DNA of 64,000 nt from a bacterium (GTDB taxonomy: Bacteria; Patescibacteriota; Microgenomatia; UBA10105; UBA927): NCBI GenBank assembly GCA_021817785.1, contig JAKAFY010000006.1, forward strand, positions 2,067 to 66,066, read 5' to 3'. Positions 17,881-28,478 of this stretch are shown piece after piece. The notes under the pieces were generated by a model. That model had not been told where the DNA came from. It saw only the letters and a list, made by a program, of their open reading frames with translations, and ran no database searches. Each line of letters starts with the position of its first letter. Positions within the stretch are counted from its first letter, which is position 1. The position numbers and the translations under genes are program-made.

Positions 17881-18153
17881 TTATTTGGAGCGATGACGCC
17901 GGGAAGAAGAATGTTTTGCAGGTGATTCGAACGTGTGTGCTACAAATATAAGATATAGAATTTCAACAATTCCTGCCGTATGTACCACCAGAAAAAAAAT
18001 AAACCAACCCTTTTCCTCCCGCCTCGCGGCGTTCCAGAGAGCTAACCCCGTCCATACCACGGACCACGCTGCCAACAGAAGAAACCCTCCTAGAAATGGG
18101 TGATAGCCCCAGTTTGTATTTCCTAACCACCACGGCGTATTGTTATACATCAT
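17881..18153 (-). CDS. Small membrane protein (DUF5652-like).
   Basis: WSVVWTGLALWNAARREEKGWFIFFLVVHTAGIVEILYLIF pattern. Confidence 0.5.
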   Translation of the reverse strand: MMYNNTPWWLGNTNWGYHPFLGGFLLLAAWSVVWTGLALWNAARREEKGWFIFFLVVHTAGIVEILYLIFVAHTFESPAKHSSSRRHRSK

Positions 18154-18198
18154 ATGTAATACTCCAAACCGTCGTTCATGTCTGTCTTGCGATCTTTG

Positions 18199-18861
18199 TT
18201 ACAGGAACTTCATCACGGATGCTTTTTGACGGATACCCGCAAACCATGTCTGTAGTTTTTCGCTTACCGTATTGCTGATGATCATCTGCTTTGCCTCTTC
18301 TTTTAGTTTGGCGGGATCCGTCGCGGTCAGTGTCGCGCGGTTTGTTGCGATATAGGCGTTAATGTCGTCATCGGTAATCGTCAGCCCCTTCGTCAGCAGG
18401 CGTTCAACGGTTAACTGCACTTTTAACTGGTGGTCAAAATCCGTTTTGGTCAGCCCCTGGAATTTCAAAAAATCATCCAAACTGACATCGGTACCCAAAC
18501 TGGCTAACACTTCTTTTTGTTTTGCCGCCAAATCACTGTCATTTACGGTGACTCCGGCTTTTTTCGCTTCATTGGCGATAAGTTGTTCGCCGATCATTCC
18601 TTCAAGGGTTTGCTGACCGTATCGCGCGCGCAATGTGTTATTTAAATCCCAACTGAAAATTGGCCGGCCGTCTACGATCGCAGCGACCACCCAGCCTTTA
18701 TTGGCGGCGAACAGACCAGCAAAAAGTACCACAAGCACGCCGATTACTACCTTCCATCCGTACTTTTTCATGGAGGACGCTGGCTTTATGGGGCTTACAG
18801 GGTACTGCGGAGGCAGAGAGACGGCACTTACCTGCGTTTTTGCTTTCGTTCGTGTTGCCAT
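18199..18861 (-). CDS. SurA N-terminal domain-like periplasmic chaperone, membrane-anchored.
   Basis: An N-terminal TM segment and the SurA_N-like IVDGRPIFSWDLNNTLRARYGQQTLEGMIGEQLIANEAKKAGVTV. Confidence 0.45.
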   Translation of the reverse strand: MATRTKAKTQVSAVSLPPQYPVSPIKPASSMKKYGWKVVIGVLVVLFAGLFAANKGWVVAAIVDGRPIFSWDLNNTLRARYGQQTLEGMIGEQLIANEAKKAGVTVNDSDLAAKQKEVLASLGTDVSLDDFLKFQGLTKTDFDHQLKVQLTVERLLTKGLTITDDDINAYIATNRATLTATDPAKLKEEAKQMIISNTVSEKLQTWFAGIRQKASVMKFL

Positions 18862-18968
18862 AGTTGGTATGATCCTTTCCTAATAGTAATATTATAAATG
18901 TATACCGTAAAAGGATACCACAGATATTCCTGGTGTTCAAGCAGAGCAGCCATGATGATAATGTCAGG

Positions 18969-18997
18969 TTGACTTCGCTTACCTGCCATACTATAAG
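18969..18997 (+). promoter_or_regulatory. Sigma70-like promoter for the 19031 gene.
   Basis: TTGACT, a 17-nt spacer, then TATAAG. An inverted repeat GTAGACTacgAGTCTAC follows at 18998-19014. Confidence 0.35.
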
Positions 18998-19030
18998 TAG
19001 ACTACGAGTCTACGTTATTGTTTCAGAATT

Positions 19031-19591
19031 ATGAGCAAACATACCCCATTGTTGCCTGCACCAAAACATCGTCCGTTATTTTTCCCGCAGTATCACCGAT
19101 TTTTCCCCGCACCCGTATTTAAACACATCGTCCCCGTGTCTATCAGGGTTGTTTTGTGGATCGCCTTGATAGCGCTCGTTTGTGCAAATATGCTGTATTG
19201 GAAACCACGGTTTTCCCTGCGTCGTATCAACAGCGCTCTGACAGCCGTAGCAAAGATCCCTTTTGCCACTCGTTTTCTTCCGGCATATATTTTCCGAGGT
19301 TTATCATTCAACTTGGCCGCACAGCCCAACAATGTCCTGGGCGCAGAAACCCAATCCGGCGACTCCTCAGACACCCAGTCTCAATACGATCGTCTGATCA
19401 AACAATATGACTATTGGAAATCAGTCATCGCCCAACACCCCAATTATCGTGACGGATATTATATGCTTGCCACGCTTTCATACCAGCTTGGCAACTACCC
19501 GGACACACGTTCGTATATAACACGTGTTCAGGAATTAGACCCCAATTATCCGGGCATAGAAGTACTTAGTGCCTTGCTACCCAAACAATAA
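19031..19591 (+). CDS. Hypothetical membrane protein with a C-terminal TPR-like repeat.
   Basis: A TM segment, then a TPR-like YYMLATLSYQLGNYPDTRSYITRVQELDPNY. Confidence 0.45.
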   Translation: MSKHTPLLPAPKHRPLFFPQYHRFFPAPVFKHIVPVSIRVVLWIALIALVCANMLYWKPRFSLRRINSALTAVAKIPFATRFLPAYIFRGLSFNLAAQPNNVLGAETQSGDSSDTQSQYDRLIKQYDYWKSVIAQHPNYRDGYYMLATLSYQLGNYPDTRSYITRVQELDPNYPGIEVLSALLPKQ

Positions 19592-19627
19592 CGTATTGAC
19601 TACGACGAATGAGATATTCTAACGAGG

Positions 19628-20338
19628 TTAGGAGGGTTTTGAGGATTCCGCTGGTTTCTCGGCAGTTTTTTCTTCCGCTTTTACTTCTTCTGACGGAGTA
19701 CCTGCTCCCGCCGCCGGTGCAACTTCCGCTTCCGCTGCAGCCGCAGCTTCTGCTTCCGCAGCCGCCTGGGCCTCTGCTTCCTTACTGACTAATGCATCAA
19801 CTTTCACCAAAGCAACCTCTTTGTCCGTAAGAATTTCGACACCTGACGGAATGGAAAGCTGAGAAACAGTCACTTCCTGTCCGACCTCAGACAGCGAAGA
19901 GACATCAACGTCAATATGTTCCGGAAGGTCGGTCGGCAATGCTTCTACTTCTATTTCGGTAAGAAGTGACAGTAATACTCCCTTGCGTTCTGCTACCGCA
20001 GGAGATTCTCCAACGGTCACAAGCGGCACTTTTGTTTTTACTTTCTCCTTCAAATCGACCTGATAAAATTCTACGTGTAACAGACGCTCATCAACCGGAT
20101 CTATTTGCACATTGTGGATAAGCACCGGATGCGTCTCAGCTCCTACGGACAATTCGATAAGCCCGGTTTCTCCGGCTTCCTGAAATACTTTTTTAAAGTC
20201 CGCAGTGGCCACAGAGACGCTGAAGCTTGTGAGTTTTTTCCCATAGACAGTCGCCGGCAACTCTCCTGCCATGCGAAGGTGCTTAACCTTTCGCCCCAGA
20301 CTCTCTCGTTTTTTGCCATTTAGTGTATGTGCTTTCAT
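19628..20338 (-). CDS. rplY: 50S ribosomal protein L25 / general stress protein Ctc, with an acidic Ala/Glu-rich tail.
   Basis: MKAHTLNGKKRESLGRKVKHLRMAGELPATVYGKK and the beta-barrel region pattern. The start was chosen at MKAHT. Confidence 0.85.
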   Translation of the reverse strand: MKAHTLNGKKRESLGRKVKHLRMAGELPATVYGKKLTSFSVSVATADFKKVFQEAGETGLIELSVGAETHPVLIHNVQIDPVDERLLHVEFYQVDLKEKVKTKVPLVTVGESPAVAERKGVLLSLLTEIEVEALPTDLPEHIDVDVSSLSEVGQEVTVSQLSIPSGVEILTDKEVALVKVDALVSKEAEAQAAAEAEAAAAAEAEVAPAAGAGTPSEEVKAEEKTAEKPAESSKPS

Positions 20339-22857
20339 GGTTGTGACCGAAATAAGATACGCAGATGCGCGTCTGTCGTAAGATCTGTATTGTACTCGAG
20401 CGTGCCCGGTTTGGCAAGACCGCTGTCGGAAAGAGCTGTCCAGGCAGCGGGATAATGTATCACCACATGCCACGGATAAGAACTCATTCCCGCCTGTTTG
20501 CGGATAGTAAACTGATAGGACAACGAATCCGACAGGGGTTGCATGTGCCGGCGTGTATGGATGACAAGCTGATGCTCCGTACGCGGCGCAACGGCAAACG
20601 GAACACTGACGATTGTGGACGAACCGGATGCATCCGTAATCACATATGGGGCCGGAGGAGGAACAAGCTGTTTTATGGTGCGTTGCGGCACCGCCTGACC
20701 ATCGAAGGTTACCGATTGTACATCCGTATCTTTTGGATAATAGACGCGGAAATATGTCTGGTATACTCCCCCTCCGACATTTGGCTGTGTCGGGGTAGTA
20801 TTTTTAATCTTTACCGTGAGCGTCTGATCAATCGTGCCGTTATCTTGTATGTTGATATCAGATAACGCTTCATGAGTCACAAAATAATTTACTTTATTAA
20901 TGCCAAGATTTGCCTCGACAATCCCAAGTCCGTCACCAACACATGCAGATTCATGCACTATTGTTTGGCACAAAGCCATACGCATCCCACCGTCCCATCC
21001 CCATTGAGTGACGAGATGTTCCAGCGCGGGATCGTTGTAATAAAATTGTATATCCCGGGATTGGATAGAATCTGCGATCGACCGCAATAATGCCCCCGCC
21101 GAAATACTGGTATCCCCGGTCATGCGCAGAAGTAGCGCGTTCGTCAGTGCACCCAAAAAATCCTTCTTTTGTGTGGACCCCGGAAAGAAGTCCGTCTGTG
21201 TATATAATAATGACTTTGCGAAAAAGTTACTTTCCGATATGCGATCATTAAAATCGGATAATTCCACGGGGCCCAGAACATGGAGCAAATGGGTAACGAA
21301 CGGAAGACTGAGGGCGATCACTCCGTCTACCGGCTGTCCCATTTCTTTTTCGTAAAACCATCCCGCCTGTTTGCCGCTCACTGCAAAATCCGGATCCCAA
21401 TTACTGTCACGCAGATACCAGTGTTCCTGCCCGATGATTTCCCGGATAGGCTGTGGTGGGTCTATGTGTCCTTTCAGTTGCCCGTCGGCGTCATAGACAT
21501 CGAGGACATGCATATCATCCACTTTTCCGTCTATAAACGATACAAGCAGCATACTGCCGATAAACCCCCCGGTCGGCCGCAACTCCATACTGTTTTGTAG
21601 CAATACCAAATATGTTTGCCGTCGGCGGAATCCTGCCATCTGAGGATAGAGTGTTAATAGTCTTTCCGTGTACCGGATAAGCTCACGCACCCCGGTTAAT
21701 GCAGCAAGCCCTTTCTGCCCCAATGACCGGACACCCATGGTCTGAAACGGAAACCGCTGGGAAGATAATAATGAGTCCAATTCTGCCTGCACGAGGGCAA
21801 GATGCTGGGACACGCGGTTGACGTCACTGGTGAGTGCGGTGACATCGGATATCCCGGCGTCCGATGAGGCACTCTTGGGGAACAAAATAGCACTCCCTAC
21901 ATTTTTTGCATTTTGGAATATCGTAATGACGCCGGTTTCTGCCTGCGCCGCGTCGGACAGGACGGAAAGCAATCGGTCTTCATCTTCTGCATATCCTCCA
22001 AGCCCGATAAGGTGAAACGCCGGTGACGTCAGATCCAATACAATCTGAGCATTTTGTATATTCGCCCTGCTATACCGAAGACATGTTTCTGTCCAGGGGA
22101 TGTTACCCACAAGAAGCATTTTTGCACTCAGCGCGAGAAAACCGCCACTTAATCCCAATGATGTAAAAAATATAAGAAGTGGCAAGCCGCATATCGCGAG
22201 TAAACCAAACAACCACCGGACAACAATGCGATTGCCCTTCCGGGATTTTCTTTTTACTCCCACCCGCTCTGACCTGGAAAAGACCTGTTGCATGGTCTGC
22301 GCGATTCGTTTGGCATCCGTCGCCACTTGCGCAGCCCGCGCTGGCTGCGGCTCACGTGACGGTTCCTTCGGGATTACACTTACGTGCTTTAACGGAACTG
22401 GCTCTTTTCGGGCATCTATTCGATTCGGTTTTCCGGTAAAGAAAAATGAAAATATTGTACGCGTTTCTATATCGGTCAATGGATGCCCGTCTATAAGATA
22501 AAGTTTTGTCCCACCCGCGATAAGTGTAGAAAGACTGCTATCATCTGCTCCATAGACGACAGCGAGTTTTTTCTGTGCGGTAATAGTGTGGCGCGCGTAA
22601 ATTGCTTTCACGAACTCCGCATCTCCGATGGAGATATGATAAAGGAGCGGCGCTTGTGTAACGGTATTTACCATCACACGGCATCCATTGCGTTCCAGAT
22701 ATTCCCGCAATGGTTCCGCATAGAGTACATCCTGCGCCTCTATACAGGCTGCTGATGCTCCTTGGAAATCTCCTTCCGACCATTGTGCGCTTTGAGATGT
22801 CATAGAGGTGGATACCGGTGTTAGTTGTATTATGGCAAACACGAAAGCCGAAAACAA
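20335..22857 (-). CDS. DUF4012 domain-containing membrane protein.
   Basis: MELRPTGGFIGSMLLVSF (the RPTGGFIG hallmark) plus an internal TM segment. The start may instead be at MTSQS (22803). Confidence 0.65.
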   Translation of the reverse strand: MFSAFVFAIIQLTPVSTSMTSQSAQWSEGDFQGASAACIEAQDVLYAEPLREYLERNGCRVMVNTVTQAPLLYHISIGDAEFVKAIYARHTITAQKKLAVVYGADDSSLSTLIAGGTKLYLIDGHPLTDIETRTIFSFFFTGKPNRIDARKEPVPLKHVSVIPKEPSREPQPARAAQVATDAKRIAQTMQQVFSRSERVGVKRKSRKGNRIVVRWLFGLLAICGLPLLIFFTSLGLSGGFLALSAKMLLVGNIPWTETCLRYSRANIQNAQIVLDLTSPAFHLIGLGGYAEDEDRLLSVLSDAAQAETGVITIFQNAKNVGSAILFPKSASSDAGISDVTALTSDVNRVSQHLALVQAELDSLLSSQRFPFQTMGVRSLGQKGLAALTGVRELIRYTERLLTLYPQMAGFRRRQTYLVLLQNSMELRPTGGFIGSMLLVSFIDGKVDDMHVLDVYDADGQLKGHIDPPQPIREIIGQEHWYLRDSNWDPDFAVSGKQAGWFYEKEMGQPVDGVIALSLPFVTHLLHVLGPVELSDFNDRISESNFFAKSLLYTQTDFFPGSTQKKDFLGALTNALLLRMTGDTSISAGALLRSIADSIQSRDIQFYYNDPALEHLVTQWGWDGGMRMALCQTIVHESACVGDGLGIVEANLGINKVNYFVTHEALSDINIQDNGTIDQTLTVKIKNTTPTQPNVGGGVYQTYFRVYYPKDTDVQSVTFDGQAVPQRTIKQLVPPPAPYVITDASGSSTIVSVPFAVAPRTEHQLVIHTRRHMQPLSDSLSYQFTIRKQAGMSSYPWHVVIHYPAAWTALSDSGLAKPGTLEYNTDLTTDAHLRILFRSQP

Positions 22858-23004
22858 CCGAAATTACACATCGTGCAAAGTGCCAGACAGCAGTACCGTC
22901 ACATGAGGCAGAGGTACAAGAGCCTGTGCGTAGTAGGAACGTGAACGAGTGTGCGGTGACACCAGGTAAGCGCGGCAACATGTTGACCAAGAGAGAAAGA
23001 GGGA

Positions 23005-23454
23005 TCAGAGGTGTTCCTCATTATCCAACGCCTGATTCACGAAAAAATCTGCACGACGATTGAACTCCCGGCGGACCACGTGATAGGTAATGTCACCTCC
23101 GACGTCCTGTTCTAAGGAGCGAACGTGTAAAACCAGTTCTCGTAAGTGCGAATCCTTTATCTTAAATATCCCGTTAAGCTGATTGACCACCAACGTTGAA
23201 TCCAAATAAAATTTGATATGATGCTCCGCTCGTTCTCCGCCGATACGTGACAGGTAGTCTTTCATACTCAGAAGTGCTTCTATGACGGCTTTGTATTCTG
23301 CAACATTATTCGTCGTCTCCCCTATCGTCTTTCCGAATCCGATAATCTCTTTGCCCGTCTGTCCGGCATCCTCTACCCTTTCAACAGATATTCCGACCGC
23401 TGCCGGTCCCGGATTACCCCGGGCTCCTCCATCCGTATGTATAATAAAATTCAT
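23005..23454 (-). CDS. rnhA: Ribonuclease HI.
   Basis: IHTDGGARGNPGPAAVG, NNVAEYKAVIEAL and a C-terminal D..N..AD. Confidence 0.75.
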   Translation of the reverse strand: MNFIIHTDGGARGNPGPAAVGISVERVEDAGQTGKEIIGFGKTIGETTNNVAEYKAVIEALLSMKDYLSRIGGERAEHHIKFYLDSTLVVNQLNGIFKIKDSHLRELVLHVRSLEQDVGGDITYHVVRREFNRRADFFVNQALDNEEHL

Positions 23455-24743
23455 ATAGAGTTCCTTTCCTGCCGAAATTTATTCAAGACAAACAAAAAGG
23501 ATACTGCGCAAATACTTGCTTCCGATATCCCGGTTATCCATGCCGCTGCGATATATCCGAATCGCGGAATATACCAGATGTTCAAAAGCACATTTAGGAT
23601 CATAGCACAGCTATGGATAATCAACAGCTGCCATCGCATTTTTTGTGCAATCAAAATCCACATCAGCAGGGCGGACACAAAAAATACCGGCAGCCCCAAC
23701 AGTAAAATTTTCAACGGAAGAATACTTGCCGCAAAATCCGGCCGGATGAAACGCAATAACGGAGCCAACATCCAAAGCCCGCTGGCAATTATCACGGCAG
23801 CAAGAAGGAGTATCCACAGCGATTTCCAAAATATCTGTTCCGATGACCGGGCATCTTTTTGGCTCATCCGCACCAATATCGGGTAGACCGCATTGATGAA
23901 AAATATCGGGAGTACCAGTGGCAATTCAAAGACTTTATACGCCAATCCGTATATACCCACTTCTTGTGTTGATCGGGTCAAGGTCAACACCACGCTGTCG
24001 GAATGAAAATAAATGAGATTGAATAGCAGCGTAAGTCCCAGCGGCAGCGACGCGCGTACGTCGGCAATCATTGTGTTTGGCTGAAACTTCGGATTTATCG
24101 CCTCATGCAAAAAACGGACAAAATATAACGCGACGAGCGCGGTCACCAGACTGCCGGCAAAAAGCGACATGACGCCGACCATGGCACCGCTCAATGGGGC
24201 AATCATGATAAGGACCAGAGAAATAACAAGCATGATGATCGACCCTGCGTTCTGAGCTGCCGCCGATAAGTCGTACCGAAGCATCTTTTGGAACAGACCA
24301 TTGGTCGTCGTGATCGTCGCCTGGAAAATAATGGCGGGGGAAAGAAGGATGATACCCCAGCGGACGAGTGGGGTGTACCCCTGGAGAGAACTGTGGGGGA
24401 GCAGGGAAAGAATACCCAGTGCAGCACCTATGAGCACAAGGCTCATAACCAACCGCAAACCGAATAGCTGCTGCCATGAGGGCTTGTACAAAGATGTGGA
24501 TTGTTCCACAGATCCCTGTACGTACAATGCGTTCAATCCGAAGTCAGCGAACAAATAGAAAAATCCGATATACGTCGTAATTTTGACAAAGTCCCCGTAT
24601 CCGTCCGAACCAAAACGCCGGGCGATCAACACGCTCATCGCCGTCATCGCTGCCGTACTAATCAGCCTGCCGATCAGCTGGCTTATGGTATTTGTTGCGA
24701 CAAGGTGTCGGCCGGACCCTTTCGGAAACCATCTGGTAAACAT
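23451..24743 (-). CDS. MOP-superfamily oligosaccharide/lipid-II flippase (Wzx/MurJ-like).
   Basis: About 12-14 TM segments, the N-terminal pattern of polysaccharide biosynthesis flippases, and 4-nt overlap coupling to rnhA. Confidence 0.65.
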   Translation of the reverse strand: MFTRWFPKGSGRHLVATNTISQLIGRLISTAAMTAMSVLIARRFGSDGYGDFVKITTYIGFFYLFADFGLNALYVQGSVEQSTSLYKPSWQQLFGLRLVMSLVLIGAALGILSLLPHSSLQGYTPLVRWGIILLSPAIIFQATITTTNGLFQKMLRYDLSAAAQNAGSIIMLVISLVLIMIAPLSGAMVGVMSLFAGSLVTALVALYFVRFLHEAINPKFQPNTMIADVRASLPLGLTLLFNLIYFHSDSVVLTLTRSTQEVGIYGLAYKVFELPLVLPIFFINAVYPILVRMSQKDARSSEQIFWKSLWILLLAAVIIASGLWMLAPLLRFIRPDFAASILPLKILLLGLPVFFVSALLMWILIAQKMRWQLLIIHSCAMILNVLLNIWYIPRFGYIAAAWITGISEASICAVSFLFVLNKFRQERNSI

Positions 24744-24848
24744 GGCCCCATTGTAACAAAAAATCCGTATCAGAGTATCTGCCTACTGTAGGGTAATCCA
24801 AAAACAATATGCGCATGACGGCACGTCACTGTCCTAGACGGGACAACC

Positions 24849-26231
24849 TCACGATGAAACACGGTGGGAATACGAGAGCGAAAAGATAATCGTAAATAAC
24901 AGTTGTCCCTGCTGTAATGTTAACGGGTAATGATCAACAAGACCGAGGAGAAGGAGTCCCACAAATGACATGAGATACGTATGAAAACCGGCATTGTCCG
25001 GGTCTTTTTCATCCATTATGCGTACGACATATCCCTTTATGGTGAGAACCACAAGAACTAAAAAAGTAACACCTCCCACAAGCCCGGTTTCGGACAGAAT
25101 AAGAAGATAGATATTGTGCACCGGCTGTAAAAACGACACAGGGCGCAACACGTATATATCAGGTAAGTGGGTCAAAAAATTTCCCAGCCCGACGCCGATG
25201 ATGGGGGATGTCATCCACTCTGCCAGTGCCGCAGCATTAAGATGTGTCCGGATATCTATGCTTTCGTCATTCGGGATAAAGCGTCTGAGGACCAATATAC
25301 CCAAAACCGCAATCACCGTGATGCTGGTTAGAACTGCCGCACGCTTCAATAGCGGACTACGTATAAACATGTGTACATTGGATTTCGATTTCCTGCGTGC
25401 ATACTCACGTCGCATTCGGTTACCCATCAGCACTATGATTGCCGCCGCCCCCACAAGGACCGCACTTCTGCTCATGGTTATACATAACCCGATACTTCCC
25501 AAAACAAATACGGTCCACCCTATACGTTTCTTTAACGTTGTCATTCCCATATATTCCAGGCGCTTATCGCAAAGGGCGACATAGATAATAGGAAGCGTCA
25601 CCGCCAAAAACCCGCCGAGTACATTAGGGTGGGGGAACGTCGCATACGGTCGCAATACGAGCTGACAGCTAAAAACCGAGGTGATGCAGGCAGTCATCCG
25701 GGCGATACCGGGCGTTGATACAGAAAATGTGCGCTCGCCAATCCACCACAGCCATCCGCCAACAGAATGTTGAAGGATAAATTGCGCGATTGCTAGTATT
25801 GATGAATAGGCGACGGCGATAGACAATCCAAGAGCAACGAAATGAAATGGCGGTTTTGTGTTCACAACATACCAGCCAAGCAAAACAAACTCAACGAACT
25901 TCATCCAGTCATACATCGCGATAAAACGATTTGTCGCGAAAAATATATTAGCAAACACAAACACTGATACCGGAATCAAAAGTGGAATAATCGTACGTTG
26001 CTTTTTCCATGATTCATACTGCTTGCGCCATGATTCCTTTTCAGTGAACCATAAAAGCAAAATTGCGGCGACTACGATATCCGTGAAGTACACGGTCGGT
26101 GAAAAATAATCAATGCGTCTGCCCAATAGCGTTGACCACTCCGGCCAAAAATGAAGACCCAACTGAGTAGGAAGTAGGACGAGCAGAAGAACAAACAATC
26201 GTTGATGGAATGAGGGTGTATGTTGATTCAT
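24849..26231 (-). CDS. O-antigen ligase/polymerase family membrane protein (Wzy_C-like).
   Basis: A polytopic protein with MSRSAVLVGAAAII and a periplasmic loop. Confidence 0.6.
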   Translation of the reverse strand: MNQHTPSFHQRLFVLLLVLLPTQLGLHFWPEWSTLLGRRIDYFSPTVYFTDIVVAAILLLWFTEKESWRKQYESWKKQRTIIPLLIPVSVFVFANIFFATNRFIAMYDWMKFVEFVLLGWYVVNTKPPFHFVALGLSIAVAYSSILAIAQFILQHSVGGWLWWIGERTFSVSTPGIARMTACITSVFSCQLVLRPYATFPHPNVLGGFLAVTLPIIYVALCDKRLEYMGMTTLKKRIGWTVFVLGSIGLCITMSRSAVLVGAAAIIVLMGNRMRREYARRKSKSNVHMFIRSPLLKRAAVLTSITVIAVLGILVLRRFIPNDESIDIRTHLNAAALAEWMTSPIIGVGLGNFLTHLPDIYVLRPVSFLQPVHNIYLLILSETGLVGGVTFLVLVVLTIKGYVVRIMDEKDPDNAGFHTYLMSFVGLLLLGLVDHYPLTLQQGQLLFTIIFSLSYSHRVSS

Positions 26232-26286
26232 GTATTATGCTGGCGTACTTCCATAATACATAATACGAACACCAAAATACGAATCC

Positions 26287-26742
26287 TCACGACGCCTTGG
26301 GTTTTACCAGAAGCATCCGGCCGTCACCTTCTCCGACGGATTCCGTTTCTACCCGTTCATCGCCGGAAAGCGTCAGATGAATAATGCGACGCTCGGAAGG
26401 GGAGAGGCGGGACAGTTCAACCGGCCTGCCCAAGGCAAGCGCCCGATCCGCCGCACGCTGTGCCATATGCATCAGCGTTTCTTCCCGCTTCTCGCGGTAA
26501 TCGCCGACATTCACATACACTTTTACCCACTGGCCGATTTTTTTCGATATGATGATTCCGAGGATTAGCTGAAAACTTTCCAGCGTTTTCCCGTGATGCC
26601 CGATGAGAAGACCTGTTTCTTCCGTTTCGATGCGCACGCGATATGCCCCCGTTTCGTCAGTCGTCACCTCGACTGATCCGGTCACTTCCAATTTAGCCAA
26701 TAAATCTTCAACGATTTCCTGCACGGTTTTTGTTAGTTCCAT
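26287..26742 (-). CDS. jag: Jag/KhpB RNA-binding protein (KH + R3H).
   Basis: An R3H motif (RRIIHLTLSGDERVETESVGEGDGR) and a position downstream of yidC. Confidence 0.75.
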   Translation of the reverse strand: MELTKTVQEIVEDLLAKLEVTGSVEVTTDETGAYRVRIETEETGLLIGHHGKTLESFQLILGIIISKKIGQWVKVYVNVGDYREKREETLMHMAQRAADRALALGRPVELSRLSPSERRIIHLTLSGDERVETESVGEGDGRMLLVKPKAS

Positions 26743-26760
26743 AGTCTCTCCCTCCCTATA

Positions 26761-27579
26761 TTATTTCTCCGCATTGATACGGAGTTGTTGCATGATACCA
26801 AAAAGTCCGAAAACGTTCCAGTAGAGCGCGAGCCCCAACGGAAACTGATAGGCAAACACTCCGAACATCAGGGGAGTGATCATCACCATTTGTTTCTGCA
26901 TTTCCATGGCTGTATCCTCTGGAGTTTCTTTCTTCTTCTCCTGCGCCTTATCTTTCTGTGAACTGCTACTTGCTACCTGTTTACTCTCTGCCGTCTGAGG
27001 CAGCATGAGTTTGCTCTGCCAGTATTGTAATCCGGCGGTAATAACCGGAATGGACAATAACCACCACCCATGCGACTGCCACTGACTTGGTTTTATCCCC
27101 AAATTAAAGCCAAAAAATGTAAGGTCGAGCGTGGCGATTTTGAGTGCGGGAGAATACAGGACATGATTTATTTCCGTCGTTAACTTTGCAATATTTCCGT
27201 TTTGCAGCACCTGGTAAAACACATTATAGAGCGCGATAAGCATCGGCATCTGAATAAGAAGGGGGAGGCATCCCGCTGCGGGGTTGACGCCGTGCTCTTT
27301 ATACAAATCCAACTGCGCCTGCTGCAGCGCCTGTTTATTGTCTTTATGCTTTGCGGATAATGCGTCCAGGTGCGGCTTCAGTTGCTGCATTTTTTTGGCG
27401 GATTTTAACTGGGCGGCCATCAGAGGATAAAGAAGCAAACGGATCGCAACCGTCAGCCCGATCACTGCAAATCCCAATGGTCCGGGGGTGTGCATCCACT
27501 CAAAAAATTTATATAAAACCATCAAAAGATTGATGATTGGCCAGATAAGTAACTGATTCCAAAACGTCGGATTCGTCAT
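26761..27579 (-). CDS. yidC: Membrane protein insertase YidC/Oxa1 (short form).
   Basis: The 5-TM core pattern (..LIQMPMLIALYNVF.., GFNLG.., FPLGLALYWNVFGLF). Confidence 0.85.
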   Translation of the reverse strand: MTNPTFWNQLLIWPIINLLMVLYKFFEWMHTPGPLGFAVIGLTVAIRLLLYPLMAAQLKSAKKMQQLKPHLDALSAKHKDNKQALQQAQLDLYKEHGVNPAAGCLPLLIQMPMLIALYNVFYQVLQNGNIAKLTTEINHVLYSPALKIATLDLTFFGFNLGIKPSQWQSHGWWLLSIPVITAGLQYWQSKLMLPQTAESKQVASSSSQKDKAQEKKKETPEDTAMEMQKQMVMITPLMFGVFAYQFPLGLALYWNVFGLFGIMQQLRINAEK

Positions 27580-27646
27580 AAATTAAATAGTAAGGTTTCG
27601 GTATTATGTATTATGGTTTTTAGCCCTGATACTTAATACATGATAC

Positions 27647-27895
27647 CTATCCCAATGTCTGCGGCACCGGATCCCACCCACCTTTATTCCATGGATGGCA
27701 TCTTACTATTCGCCGTACACCAATCCATGATCCCCAGATTATACCATAGCGCTCGATGGCTTGATATGTATACTCGCTGCATGTGGGGCGAAACCTGCAC
27801 GCGCTATCGACCAACCACAACGACTTGAGTATTCCCGTGTCGGGGGAGAGATATTGCTGGTAAAATCGTATAGATCGAAGTACCACGTTTTTCAT
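27647..27895 (-). CDS. yidD: Membrane protein insertion efficiency factor YidD.
   Basis: [10 protein letters not shown]....[31 protein letters not shown]. Confidence 0.8.
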   Translation of the reverse strand: MKNVVLRSIRFYQQYLSPDTGILKSLWLVDSACRFRPTCSEYTYQAIERYGIIWGSWIGVRRIVRCHPWNKGGWDPVPQTLG

Positions 27896-27972
27896 ATGAG
27901 AATTATGGTTTTAGAATTATGTATTATGGATTTTTTGACCCCTAATACATACTACCTATCCCCATATTCCAA

Positions 27973-28305
27973 CTAGAGCACACCTGCCTTATCTAACAGG
28001 TCATGTACTATCTTTTGCACCTCTGATAGCGTATCCGGCATTCTTCCCCGTACAAAAAATGCGGCGTCCGTGCCTTTGCGCAAACTGGGCAACAGCAATC
28101 TGATTGATTCACTGATGTGCCTTCGTACGCGGTTTCTTGCCGTTGCCCGTTTGTCGAATTTTATCGGTACGACTATGGCTGCCCGGAATATATCGAGAGA
28201 GGTAGTGTGTGTCTTTACCTCTACGGCCCCCACCACGCTGCGCGTTCCCTGGCGCAACACCGTCCGTAATTCGGGAGAAGGAATTCTATAAGGCTTCGGG
28301 AGCAT
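27973..28305 (-). CDS. rnpA: Ribonuclease P protein component.
   Basis: Length, a basic composition, RATARNRVRRHI, and a position between rpmH and yidD. Confidence 0.8.
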   Translation of the reverse strand: MLPKPYRIPSPELRTVLRQGTRSVVGAVEVKTHTTSLDIFRAAIVVPIKFDKRATARNRVRRHISESIRLLLPSLRKGTDAAFFVRGRMPDTLSEVQKIVHDLLDKAGVL

Positions 28306-28307
28306 GA

Positions 28308-28450
28308 TCAGCGTGAGATCGTCAATTTTTTGCGTCCGGTAAGTCTGCGACGCTTCAAGACTAATCGACCCTTGGCGGTTTTCATCCGTTCACGGAAGCC
28401 GTGCACGCGGATGCGCTTCAATTTCTTTGGCTGGTAGGTGCGTTTCGGCA
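28308..28450 (-). pseudogene. rpmH: 50S ribosomal protein L34 gene carrying an apparent 1-nt deletion in a homopolymer (frameshift as given).
   Basis: The minus strand from the ATG at 28450 reads [24 protein letters not shown]. The frame then shifts at the run ATGAAA|CC (three A where four are needed). The +1 frame continues ...[23 protein letters not shown] to the TGA at 28308-28310, which overlaps the rnpA ATG. The span is 143 nt, not a multiple of 3. Confidence 0.7.
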
Positions 28451-28478
28451 TAGCAACGGATAGTATACCAGAAAATGG

